Shown here piece after piece: positions 1 through 13,134 of a DNA stretch of 64,000 bases. The translations under genes and the position numbers were made by a program. The notes under the pieces are model-generated. The model was not told the origin of the DNA. It was given only the letters and a program-made list of their open reading frames with translations, and searched no databases. Position 1 is the first letter of the stretch. Every line of letters begins with the position of its first letter. The DNA is from Eledone cirrhosa (Eukaryota), in contig OZ024760.1 of assembly GCA_964016885.1 (NCBI GenBank), forward strand, positions 27,652,001-27,716,000, given 5' to 3'.

Positions 1-622
1 ACACACACATATTACACATGCAGACATACACACAAATACACACATACAAACATATACACATACAAACATACACACACACACAAACATACACACATACACA
101 CATACAAACATACACACATACAAACATACACACACACATACACACATACACACATACACACATACACGCATACAAACATACAGATACAAACATACACACA
201 TACAAACATACACACATACACACACACACAAACATATACACATACAAACATACAAACATACACACACATACACACATACACACACACATACACACACACA
301 CAAACATATACAAACATACAAACATACACACACATACACACATACAAACATACACACATACAAACATACACACATACACACACATACACACATACACTCA
401 CACAAACATATACACATACACACATACACACATACAAACATACACACATACAAACACACACATACACATACAAACATACCAAACATACACACACACACAT
501 ACACACATACAAACATACACACACACACACATACACACATACACACATACACACACACAAACCATAGAGACAGCACACATATACACACAACAACAGCGAC
601 AACAACAACAACAACAACAACA
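1..622. repeat. (CA/TACA)n compound microsatellite followed by (CAA)n
   Basis: Directly visible tandem repeats; the overlapping ORFs are repeat translations. Confidence 0.95.
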
Positions 623-884
623 ATAGGTTTCTGTGAGTTTGTTACATCTACCAGCTGATTGTTTGTTCAACATCGGACAGACAGAGAGAGAGGGGGAGAG
701 GGGGGGAGATATAGGAAGACAGAGAGAGAGGGGGCAGAGAGGGAGAGAGGGGAGAGAGAGGGACTGAAGAAAGGGATAGGACTGAACACGACACGGCACC
801 CAGCTGATTGGGAAGAGGGGGGGGGCAGAGATACGACTGAAACGAGTGGTGGTGGGAGGCTGAGAAGTGAATACACCCTTACCT

Positions 885-902
885 ACACATATATATATAT
901 AT

Positions 903-936
<34 letters not shown>

Positions 937-1124
937 ATACATAGACACACACACACATAAATATAAATATATGCATACATATATATATATATATATACAC
1001 ATACATAAATATAAATATATATATATATGCATACATATATAAATATATACACATATATATATAAATATATTCATATATATATATACATATGCATACACAC
1101 GTACATATATAAATAGATACACTC

Positions 1125-1160
<36 letters not shown>

Positions 1161-1290
1161 TTAAATACACGTACATATGTAAATACACACACTCACACAC
1201 ACACAAATATATATATATATATATATATACGTGTATACATACATATATATACATATATATATATATTTAAATACACGTACATATATAAAT

Positions 1291-1362
<72 letters not shown>

Positions 1363-1580
1363 TTATACGTGTATACATATATATATATATATATATATAC
1401 ATATATACATATACATATATATATATATATATACATATATACGTGTATACATATACATATATATATACATATATATATATATTTAAATACACGTACATAT
1501 ATAAATACACACACATATAAATACACACACATATATAAATACACACACATATATAAATACACACACATATATATAAATAC
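885..1580. repeat. (TA)n/(CA)n compound microsatellite
   Basis: Directly visible. Confidence 0.95.
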
Positions 1581-1774
1581 ATTTGAGGTGATTGGGAACA
1601 GTAACGATAGCGGAGGCGCTGGGAGGTCGGTGTGTGAGGGGCGGGGGGTACTTTATTTTGTTGATTTTGTTGTTGATGTCCAATGCCAGATTGCATATGG
1701 CGTCGAGATCTCATCTCATCTCCTAACCATCACTGTCACTATCATCTCCACCACCAGCGTATACATACATTCGT

Positions 1775-1812
<38 letters not shown>

Positions 1813-1843
1813 GAGATCAAAAGATGGTTAAAAGAGCTCCATG

Positions 1844-1914
1844 TATTTTATTATGCGCATTTCAAGAACAAATATCATCATGCAATAACATTTGTGTTTT
1901 CATCAGATAAAATA
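1844..1914 (-). ncRNA. Type I hammerhead ribozyme (palindromic stem III UGCGCA)
   Basis: Minus strand: UAUUUUAU-CUGAUGA-[ACAAAUGUUAU/AUGAUAUUUGU stem II]-GAAA-UGCGCA-UA-AUAAAAUA; stem I is 8 bp and perfect. Confidence 0.85.
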
Positions 1915-2295
1915 GGAAGACATGATATGAAGGTTAAAAAACACTTGTGAATAGTGCAGTTTTAAATCAACATATGAAAAGTAGTTTTAGATTGATGTGT
2001 GATATTGGGAAAAAAAAATTGAGGGGGTGGGGGTGGAAAGGATGAAAAAGAGGAGGAGATGAGATTAAAAAGTGGAGGGGGAGGAGTATACTGAGGAAGG
2101 ATGAGATAGGAGGAGAGATGGGTGATAGAGAGAGAGAGAGATAGCTTTTATAACTGAGAAAAAATATATTGTTTTACATAGAGAGGTTGAAAAACCGTTG
2201 GAAGATAATGTATAAATTAAAAGAATTTGAAAATTAACGAAGAGAAAAATAATGTTTTATTGTTTTATTGTACTACAATAAAACTCACCTACTAC

Positions 2296-2367
<72 letters not shown>

Positions 2368-2501
2368 TGTAGAGGTTATATTTAATTTGTTGGGATACAA
2401 CAAGCAAAATATTTTTATAACTAATATAAAGCACTCAACAACTTATTGGAGTAAATATACAATATATTAGCAAATGGAAACTATATTTATAAAACCATAT
2501 T

Positions 2502-2567
2502 TATTTCATTATACATATTTCAAGGGCCACCAAGGAAAATTATGGTGCGCTTTCATCAGATAAAATA
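2502..2567 (-). ncRNA. Type I hammerhead ribozyme
   Basis: Minus strand: UAUUUUAU-CUGAUGA-AAG..CACCA..UGGUG..CUU-GAAA-UAUGUA-UA-AUGAAAUA; 8-bp stem I with one GU pair. Confidence 0.8.
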
Positions 2568-2851
2568 TAATATAGGTTAGTTTTATAAATAAAAATTGAC
2601 ATACCCTTAAAAAATGCAACCATTCTGGTTGGAATCTTCTGAATAGTGGAGTTATTAGATCTATTGTTGGTTTATTATGCAAATTAGTGTTGGAAAAGTT
2701 TAAAACAGTATATTTAAATTAAGCCGTTGGAATACAAATATAATATATATACTTATATATATATATATATGAAAGTGATGATTCAATATTACGACTAACA
2801 GCAGTTTCATCTGGCGATCTCTCTCTCTTATATATATATCTATCTATCTAT

Positions 2852-3860
2852 CTAAGGCGGGTAAAATTCCCGAGATCCATGGACGAGTTCTCTCCAGCGG
2901 TCTCTGTCCCTCATTATCGCTGCCATATCCTGCATCTCCAACAGACCAGTGTCTGTCCTTAGGGCATCAACATATGTTAACCTTGGTCTTCCTCTTCTAG
3001 TGTGTCCATGTAGGGGCTCCCAAAGGAGCAGTGAGTGCAATGGATGTCGGTGAGCAATGAATGCTCTGGATGTCGGTGAGCATGTCCAGCCAACCTCAGT
3101 CTCCTGTGTGTCACTGTTGAGCTGACTTTTGGGATGCTCCCATACAGCTCTGAGTTTTTCATCCTCAGTGTATACTGATTAATGTTCAGAGCCATCCTCA
3201 GCATTCTCGTGTAGCACCCATCCACCATCTGAGTGAGTTTCTTGGTCAGTGTCCAAGTCTCAGACCCATACAGCAGCACAGACTCCACTACAGCAATGAA
3301 GAGGCGGATTTTCAGGTCTCTACGAAGGTCCGACTTCCACACCGATCTCAAGCTGTGGCACGCCGCCCAGGCCTTACTCTTCCTCTCAACCACATCATCT
3401 TCCGTATTCCCAATCTTTGCTCCCAAATACAGGAAGTCCTCAACCAATTACAGCGGCTTCCCGCCTACATTAGTGATACCCTCTGGCTTCTCAACATTCT
3501 CTACCAGATATTTTGTTTTAGTCTCATTCATTCTCAGCCCCACACTCAGCGACACAGTCTCAACCTCCCGCATCAAATCCTCTGCCTCCTTCACTGTATT
3601 TGTCACCAAAACTATGTCGTCGGCAAATTCAGCATCCGATACCTTTTTCGCCCTAACTCTCCTGCTCTGAGCCGGTGCTACAGTAAAGCCAGAGTCCTGG
3701 TGTTTCTCCAGTGCAAGGCGCATACAATAGTCCACTACGATGATAAAAAGGTAGGGAGCCAATGCATCTCCCTGGAGCACCCCAGCCAGTATCTCAAAGA
3801 ACTCTGTCATCCCATCAGGTGTAATGGCTTGGGCTTTGGTGTTGGTGTAGAGCAGTGATA
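2852..3860 (-). mobile_element. 5'-truncated RTE-clade LINE (RT C-terminal half), disrupted
   Basis: ORF pieces contain GVLQGDALAPYLF, EFADD, FLYLG, VLLYGSETW and GRPR..Y..L..D motifs typical of RTE ORF2. In-frame stop near 3448, frameshift near 3040-3070, and a (TAGA)n tail directly at the stop codon. Confidence 0.92.
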
Positions 3861-3876
3861 TCAGGTCCTGATATCA

Positions 3877-4106
3877 TACATATATATATATATACATATA
3901 TACATATACATATATACATATATATATACATATATATATATACATATATATATATACATATATATATATACATATATATATATACATATATATATATACA
4001 TATATATATATACATATATATATATACATATATATATATACATATATACATATATATATATACATATATATATATACATATACATATATATATACATATA
4101 CATATA

Positions 4107-4138
<32 letters not shown>

Positions 4139-4287
4139 CATATATATATATACATATACATATATATATACATATACATATATATATACATATACATATA
4201 CATATATATATACATATACATATATATACATATACATATACATATATATATACATATACATATATATACATATACATATACATATAC

Positions 4288-4320
<33 letters not shown>

Positions 4321-4449
4321 CATATATATACATATATATATATATATATACATACATATATATATACACATATATACATATATATATATATACATATATA
4401 TACATATATATATATACATATATATATATACATATACATATATATATAC

Positions 4450-4501
<52 letters not shown>

Positions 4502-4525
4502 ACATATATATATATACATATATAC

Positions 4526-4563
<38 letters not shown>

Positions 4564-4587
4564 ACATATATATATACATATATATAT
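3877..4587. repeat. (TA)n/(TACA) microsatellite
   Basis: Directly visible. Confidence 0.95.
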
Positions 4588-5211
4588 AAATCAGAGAGGC
4601 CAGTGAAATAGAACTTAGAAGGCCAAGACTAAACAGAAAGAATGAATGGAATAACAACAATACCCAAACAAACAACACTGACTTAAGAGAAGTATAAATA
4701 AATAGATAAATAAATAAATACATACACAAGCACAATAACAACAAACACATATAAACACACACTAGTAAAGATAGAATACATTAACCGATACACAGATACA
4801 CAGTCACCCAATCACGAACACACATCAAACAAAACACTATACACACACGCAAACGCATGCGCAAAGAAGACAAAATAAAATAAACAAACAAATAAATAAA
4901 TAGATATATAGACAGACTAAATAAAAATGGCGTAGACATACAATGTAACGGGAGGAAACAATAGCACCACTCACGATGTTGCAGATGTGCAACGAATGAA
5001 CTTTGATAAACTATATATATGTGTTTGTGTCTATATTGTATCTGTATTATTTTTGACCGTCGGTCAGTCAATGGCAACATTGAGGACCGAATAAATTTGA
5101 ATACCGATATAAAAGACACAGAAGCGAAAAGCGAAAACCAACCAAACAGTGAGTGTGTTCTGTTATTAATTCTGGCAATATTACACAAATATGACCCTCC
5201 CCAAGTATAAC
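4588..5211 (+). mobile_element. Penelope-like element 3' end / pseudo-LTR, copy 1 (decayed HHR at 4966-5007)
   Basis: Starts with a sequence translating to QIREA...[13 protein letters not shown], similar to the GIY-YIG tail at 12140-12210, and ends in the shared terminal motif ATGACCCTCCCCAAGTATAACA. Confidence 0.75.
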
Positions 5212-5378
5212 ATATATATATACATATATATATACATATACATATATACATATATATATAGATACATATATTATACATATATATATAGATACATATATAT
5301 ATACATATATATACATATATATATACATATATATACATATCTATACACATATATATACATATATATATATATATATAC

Positions 5379-5409
<31 letters not shown>

Positions 5410-5490
5410 CATATATATACATATATATATACATATATATATATATATACATATATATACATATATATATATATATACATATATATATAC

Positions 5491-5521
<31 letters not shown>

Positions 5522-5620
5522 CATATATATACATATATATACATATATATATACATATATATACACACATATATATATATACATATATATACATATAAAT
5601 ACATATATATACATATATAC

Positions 5621-5653
<33 letters not shown>

Positions 5654-5666
5654 CATATATATATAC

Positions 5667-5697
<31 letters not shown>

Positions 5698-5708
5698 CAT
5701 ATATATAC

Positions 5709-5755
<47 letters not shown>

Positions 5756-5785
5756 CATATATATATATACATATATATATATACA
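5212..5785. repeat. (TA)n/(TACA) microsatellite
   Basis: Directly visible. Confidence 0.95.
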
Positions 5786-7680
5786 TAACTTTGAATAACT
5801 TTGAAATGTTTTGGCCAGTATTGGCCCAGGCCATGTCTAACTTAATAGCACCACCTGGCGAAGTCTTTCAATTCAGGATTTGGGCACCATGGCCCATTCG
5901 AGAAGAGAATTACTGTTTGCGGAGACATATCCGGGTGTGGGTGGTTAGTCCGGGATTACTTGGAGGAATTTGTCCAAAGACTTCTTGAATTTTGTGTGGT
6001 CAGTTTCTGTTTTGACGTGTCCTGGTGTGATGTTGAAGAGAGCAGGGCCGATTGAGGTGAAATAATTGTGCCGTATTGTTGTTATGAGTTGCGATTTAGA
6101 TTTTTGAATGGGACGGATAGCACGGGGCCCAAGCCTTGGGTGTATCTTGAAGGCGATGCCAACATCATTTGGGCAGTGATGATGGAACATTTTCCACATC
6201 ATGCAGATAATATAACGCTCACGGCGACGTTGGAGTGAGTAAAGTTTCAGGTTTTCCAATCGACCCCAGTAGTCAAGGTCTGACATGCCATCTATCTTTT
6301 TCGTGATTGCCCTTTGAGGAGCTTCAAGTTTCATGATACTTTGTTTCGTGTGGGGAGACCACAGTGGACAACAGTATTCAAGGTGTGGTCGGGCGAAAGT
6401 AGAGAAGAGAAGGATAATGGTGCGGGAATCTCTCGACTGGAAGGTTCTGAGGATCCAGGAACACATTCTGCGGGCCATGTCAACTTTGCTGCTTATATGC
6501 GTGGTCCAGCTTATGTTGCTGTCCACGGTTACTCCCAAGTCTCTGATGTTGTTAGATGCCACGAGAGTTTCCCCGGAGGGAAGGGAGTACGGGAGTTTCA
6601 GAGCATCCTCTTTTCCAAAGTGGATCAGTTCGAATTTGTCTTCGTTCAGTAACATGTTGTTCTTTTCTGCCCATTGGGTAACAGCCAGTAGGTCTGACTG
6701 AAGGCTTATCCGGTCATCCACGCCATTGATGACCTTTTGGAGCTTGGAATCATCAGCGAAAATTTTAATGTTGCTGTGTTTGATGATGTCAGTGATGTCA
6801 TTAATATAGATGATGAAGAGAAGTGGGCCCAACACAGTGCCTTGTGGGACTCCACTACTGACTTTGGCTGGGCTTGATTTGACTCCCTCAACTACAACAA
6901 GTTGGGTTCTGTTTGACAGGAAGCTCTTGATCCACTGCAGCAGCTTTCCAGTGACACCAATATTGGACAGCTTTCTCAGTAGAATGTTATGATCAACCCT
7001 GTCAAAGGCCTTGCTGAAATCAAGGTAGATAACATCAGTGTTGGAACCCTCTCCCAAGGCTCTCAAAATGTCATCAAAGTGATGCAGTAGTTGCGTCAGG
7101 CAATCCCTTCCATTACGGAATCCATGCTGGTTGGAGTTCAGCATATTGTTACTCTCAAGGAAGTGGGTCATTCGCGATCTCACCACTCGCTCAAATACCT
7201 TAATGATATGAGAGGTGAGTGAGATTGGACGGTAATTCACGGCAAGGGATTTGTTTCCCTTTTTGAAAACTGGGACAACAGACTGGGATAGAAGGTTTTC
7301 TAGCATCCAGTGAGTTCCGCCACAGATTGGCAAGAGGAGAAGCAAGTTGGTGTTGACACGCCTTCAAGACACAAGCAGGGAACCTATCGGGACCTACTGC
7401 TGAATTATGCTTGATTTCCTTTATTGCCGCCAAGACATCAGGGGCGCCAAACGTTATGTCCGATAAGGTGTAATGGGGAGTCACATCGCCGATACAGCCC
7501 AGATCGGCCATATCAGGATTGCTGAAAACAGAGCAGTATTGTTTCTGCAGTATCTCACCCATGGTTTTAGCATTGTCTTGAAGAGTGCCATTTTCATCAA
7601 TTAGAGGGCCAACAGTAGAGCCAGTGATTTTGTGTTTTTTTGCAAATGAAAAGAACACTTTGGGATTGAGTTTGATCTTC
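5786..7680 (-). mobile_element. 5'-truncated CR1-group LINE, ORF2 reverse transcriptase region
   Basis: The 466-aa ORF has YRPISLTS, QHGFR, YLDFSKAFD, GVPQGTVLGP, FADD, RDLGV and PHLEYC..WSP motifs. The upstream frame (7200-7658) continues across a frameshift near 7290. The 3' end carries a short tandem TTCAAAGTTA x2. Confidence 0.93.
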
Positions 7681-7847
7681 TACATATATATATATACATA
7701 TATACATATATATATATATATACATACATATATATATATATACATATACATATATATATATACATATACATATATATATATACATATATATATATACATA
7801 TATATATATACATATACATATATATATACATATACATATATATATAC

Positions 7848-7880
<33 letters not shown>

Positions 7881-8125
7881 CATATATATACATATATATA
7901 TATATATACATATATATACATATATATATATATACATATATATACATATATATATACATATATATATACATATATATATATATACATATATATACATATA
8001 TATACATATACATATACATATATATATACACATATATACATATATATATATATACATATATATACATATATATATATACATATATATATATACATATATA
8101 TATATACATATACATATATATATAC

Positions 8126-8163
<38 letters not shown>

Positions 8164-8229
8164 ACATATATACATATATACATATATACATACATATATA
8201 TATATACATATATATATACATATATATAT
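7681..8229. repeat. (TA)n/(TACA) microsatellite
   Basis: Directly visible. Confidence 0.95.
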
Positions 8230-8858
8230 AAATCAGAGAGGCCAGTGAAATAGAACTTAGAAGGCCAAGACTAAACAGAAAGAATGAATGGAATAACAAC
8301 AATACCCAAACAAACAACACTGACTTAAGAGAAGTATAAATAAATAGATAAATAAATAAATACATACACAAGCACAATAACAACAAACACATATAAACAC
8401 ACACTAGTAAAGATAGAATACATTAACCGATACACAGATACACAGTCACCCAATCACGAACACACATCAAACAAAACACTATACACACACGCAAACGCAT
8501 GCGCAAAGAAGACAAAATAAAATAAACAAACAAACAAATAAATAAATAGATATATAGACAGACTAAATAAAAATGGCGTAGACATACAATGTAACGGGAG
8601 GAAACAATAGCACCACTCACGATGTTGCAGATGTGCAACGAATGAACTTTGATAAACTATATATATGTGTTTGTGTCTATATTGTATCTGTATTATTTTT
8701 GACCGTCGGTCAGTCAATGGCAACATTGAGGACCGAATAAATTTGAATACCGATATAAAAGACACAGAAGCGAAAAGCGAAAACCAACCAAACAGTGAGT
8801 GTGTTCTGTTATTAATTCTGGCAATATTACACAAATATGACCCTCCCCAAGTATAACA
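8230..8858 (+). mobile_element. Penelope-like pseudo-LTR, copy 2 (near-identical direct repeat of 4588-5211)
   Basis: Appears identical to copy 1 by eye apart from an extra AACA unit near 8525; decayed HHR at 8612-8653. Confidence 0.75.
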
Positions 8859-9083
8859 TATATATATACATATATATATACATATACATATATACATATA
8901 TATATAGATACATATATATATACATATATATACATATATATACATATATATATACATATATATACATATATATACATATATATATACATATATATACATA
9001 TATATACATATATATATATACATATATATACATATATATACATATATATATATATATATACATATATATACATATATATATAC

Positions 9084-9120
<37 letters not shown>

Positions 9121-9197
9121 CATATATATACATATATATATACATATATATATATACATATATATACATATATATATACATATATATATATATATAC

Positions 9198-9230
<33 letters not shown>

Positions 9231-9251
9231 CATATATATACATATATATAC

Positions 9252-9284
<33 letters not shown>

Positions 9285-9305
9285 CATATATATACATATA
9301 TATAC

Positions 9306-9356
<51 letters not shown>

Positions 9357-9543
9357 CATATATATACATATATATACACATATATATACATATATATACA
9401 TATATATATACATATATATACATATATATATATACATATATATACATATATATATACATATATATATACATATATATATACATATATATATACATATATA
9501 TATATACATATATATATACATATATATATACATATATATATAC

Positions 9544-9598
<55 letters not shown>

Positions 9599-9797
9599 CA
9601 TATATATATATACATATATATATATATACATATATATACATATATATATATGTATATATATGTATATATATATGTATGTATATATATATATACATATATA
9701 TATACATATATATATACATATATATACATATATATATATATATACATATATATATACATATATATATACATATATATACATATATATATATATATAC

Positions 9798-9828
<31 letters not shown>

Positions 9829-9999
9829 CATATATATACATATATATATATACATATATATATATATACATATATATACATATATATATATATATACATA
9901 TATATATACATATATATATACATATATATATACATATATATATATACATATATATACATATATATATATATATACATATATATATACATATATATATAC

Positions 10000-10030
<31 letters not shown>

Positions 10031-10330
10031 CATATATATATACATATATATATACATATATATATACATATATATATATATAGATATAGATATACATATG
10101 TATATACATATATATATACATATATATACATATATATACATATATATATACATATATATACATATATATATACATATATATACATATATATACACATATA
10201 TATATATATACATTTACATATATATATATATATACATATATATATACCTATATATATATATACATATATATATATACCTATATATACATATATATACCTA
10301 TATACATACATATATATAAATATATATATA
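8859..10330. repeat. (TA)n/(TACA) microsatellite, about 1.5 kb
   Basis: Directly visible. Confidence 0.95.
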
Positions 10331-11398
10331 TAAATTAAATAAAATAACGAATAAAAACAAAGAAACAGTTCCTTATATTAAAAAATTCATCATTTTACGA
10401 TCGTTTCTAGGATATATATGTGTGTATTGGTATGTATATCATATAGATCTATGTAAACATTTTACAAACTATCAGAGGGAATGTACATACATACACATAT
10501 ATATGCTGTCTTCAGAAATAATGATATTTGTTTATTGAAAAAAACCAACAATGGTTTAATATAATAGGTCTGTTTGGGAACAGGTTTTGAATTGACCAAT
10601 AGAAAAGTAGTAAGTGGTCAAGTTGATAGAATAGTAGTAGTAGAAATTTAATTTAGGGTTAGAGGAATGCAGATTTCAGTTTTGAATGGAAAGAGTATTT
10701 TGAATGAAAAGATTACTTTGGGGATGAAAATAGGTCAAGCCGGTGAAAGATACACGAAAATTTGATGTTATTAAAGAATAATGCTAATGTTAAAATCTAA
10801 GGAGAATAAAATTTTACGATAAATGTGTTAGTGAAAAATATCAATCTTACTTAAAACATAAGGAATTTAGATCTATAAAAAGAAATTAAATTAATTTAAT
10901 TGATAGGTATATTTATAGGGATAAATTTATATTAATTCATATAGATATGATAAATAAGAGTTAGATGTTATTAAAGAATATTGTTAAAAACGTAGGAAAA
11001 AATTTTTTTTGGGGGGGGATAAATGTATTAGTGAGAAATAACAAACTTATATAGATTACAAAGAATTTAGATTCATAACAGGAAATTAAAATAGTTTATT
11101 TGTATACTTATTGATATAAATTTTAGGAAAAGATAGCTATAAAAGGGAAATAAAATTATGCAGTTCTTAGTAGTACAATATTAATTATAGGTTAACTAAT
11201 TTAAAAAAAATTAATTATAATAATTTGTAAAATATAAGTGTATATTAATTAGGTTTATAATATTTGAAAGTTTTTCTAATTCTATGATTGCACGATATAA
11301 TTAATTCTTGTCGCTGATTTAATAGGATATCCTTAGATTTCATTATTTAATATAAGGAACTGTTTCTTTGTTTTTATTCATTATATTTATTAATTTAT
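10331..11398 (-). mobile_element. AT-rich probable PLE fragment bounded by an approximately 50-bp imperfect inverted repeat and carrying an HHR
   Basis: AATAAAAACAAAGAAACAGTTCCTTATATTAAA near 10349 is the reverse complement of TTTAATATAAGGAACTGTTTCTTTGTTTTTATT near 11346. There is also a diverged internal direct repeat at about 10763 and 10963. Confidence 0.5.
10387..10524 (-). ncRNA. Type I hammerhead ribozyme with long stem II (palindromic stem III CGAUCG)
   Basis: Minus strand: UCAUUAUUU-CUGAAGA-[about 100-nt stem II]-GAAA-CGAUCG-UA-AAAUGAUGA; 9-bp stem I with one GU pair. Confidence 0.8.
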
Positions 11399-11546
11399 CT
11401 TGACTGTTTTCCTGTGTTTTTCATCGAAAAAATGTTGAATACATCTCTTTTCATGATATTTGGATTACATTGAGTTCTTCATACGGATTGGACACTACCG
11501 TATATTTTGGTAGATTTATCTATCTATCTATCTATAAATATATATA

Positions 11547-12679
11547 TCAGAGTCTATAGAGGAGCCAGAACAAAATGGGAAAAAATGGTAAATAATGATA
11601 CAAATGGGACCTGCCCCTTGTATAGGAGCAAATTTTGGAATAGAATAGAAAGAACTAGGAATAAGGTTAATAGAATAAACTCATGGTATGATAGCAATAA
11701 ATACCAATACAACCCCTAGAGTTGAATTAGCTTACAAATTTAGAAGGGCCCTAGATAAACATAAACTTAATATTAAGATAGTAGAAAGACCAGGTGCCTC
11801 CATAAAAACACTTATTAGCAATACATACCCTTTTCAAAGACCTGCCTGTATAGATAAGAAATGCATAATCTGTAAACTAAGTCCCCATATTAACTGTAAA
11901 ACTAGAAATGTAGTATATAGCATAAGATGTACTGAAGGACAATGTAAAGATAAGAATATAGTGTACATAGGTGAGACAGCTCGTAGTATAGGAGAACGGT
12001 TAAATGAACACTGGCGAGAACTTCAAGATAAAAAGAATCATCTGTACTCCACCAACATGCTATAATAGAACATAAGGGCAAATTAGAGAACATAGAAATA
12101 AAAATAGAATCTACACACAGAAAAAACGCAATGTTTAGACAAATCACAGAGGCAATAAACATAAATGAACTCCAATCAAAATTAAATAGAAAACATGAAT
12201 GGAATAGCAACATCACAGCTTACAATTAAGGACAAAATGAAAACACACACACACCTAGAACAAACAACCAACCAGTAACATGTAAATAAACAAATAAATA
12301 AACAAATAAAAACACACACAGACACCCGGATGTAACACATGCGCAAACTAAGCACACAACACACAGAAAAACAAGATGGCGTAGGACAGAACAAAGGAGA
12401 GGCACAAAACAAAGAAAAGAATCCCCAGTCACTGAAGAGGTCACAGAATGTGTGACGAAAGAACTTTGACAATATATGAACAACCGTCTGGTTGTGGAAC
12501 TAACCAACCAGCCGGAAATTTATAAATTTTTAAATTTATCATTTAATTTATAATAAATTGGAGTGAAAGCAACTGGTGCATGTGTTACTTATTGGCAACA
12601 TGACCCTCCCAAAGTATAACAATATCGGTTTCAACACACGTTTTCAGATAAAGAATCTTGCTAAACAAATTCAGAAACG

Positions 12680-12681
<2 letters not shown>
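11547..12681 (+). mobile_element. Penelope-like element 3' fragment: Cys-rich linker, GIY-YIG endonuclease (frameshifted) and pseudo-LTR
   Basis: ORF 11688-12065 has C..C.IC....C..RNVVYSIRC...C....YIGETARSIGERLNEH, the PLE GIY-YIG signature. It is followed by a non-coding region with an HHR and the terminal motif ATGACCCTCCCAAAGTATAACAATAT. Confidence 0.9.
12428..12470 (+). ncRNA. Minimal type I hammerhead ribozyme in the PLE pseudo-LTR
   Basis: GUCA-CUGAAGA-G-GUCACA-gaaug-UGUGAC-GAAA-GAAC-UU-UGAC; stem III is reduced to the A-U closing pair. Confidence 0.8.
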
Positions 12682-12709
<28 letters not shown>

Positions 12710-12710
<1 letters not shown>

Positions 12711-12815
12711 ACCTTTCAAGGCAGTACACCAGTCCAGCCTCCTGTTATTTTATAGTATATATATATATACTATAAAATAACAGGAGGCTGGACTGGTGTA
12801 CTGCCTTAAAAGGTT
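12710..12815. repeat. Near-perfect fold-back inverted repeat (about 50-bp arms, TA centre)
   Basis: AAGGCAGTACACCAGTCCAGCCTCCTGTTATTTTATAGTA followed by its reverse complement. Confidence 0.9.
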
Positions 12816-12819
12816 TATT

Positions 12820-12877
12820 ATACTATGATCATTTCAATGACCGGGTTCAGTATAAATCCGGTGACATCATCAGGTAT
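12820..12877 (-). ncRNA. Type I hammerhead ribozyme (palindromic stem III UGAUCA)
   Basis: Minus strand: AUAC-CUGAUGA-UGUC-ACCGG..CCGGU-CAUU-GAAA-UGAUCA-UA-GUAU. Confidence 0.75.
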
Positions 12878-12985
12878 TCGAAATATAACAAAGGAATATA
12901 ATAGACAAAATCCTTGAGGCTGAAAACCAGAGACATGAGGTTGACCGAACATTTAGCAGCTTCTACCCCGGTCGGCCGCCCTCAA

Positions 12986-13046
<61 letters not shown>

Positions 13047-13134
13047 AAAATTTATGAAACGAAAGGAGCTGTGTGGTTACTAAAACCAAGGTTTAAGATG
13101 GTGGTTAGAACGGAACAGGAGAAATGAAGAAAGG

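Larger units (their letters stand above)
1812..2740 (-). mobile_element. Non-coding fragment of a probable Penelope-like element carrying two hammerhead motifs, interrupted by (TA)n
   Basis: 1812-1970 is near-identical in reverse complement to 33217-33375, and the region contains two HHR cores. The PLE assignment is inferred from the minimal HHR type. Confidence 0.6.
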
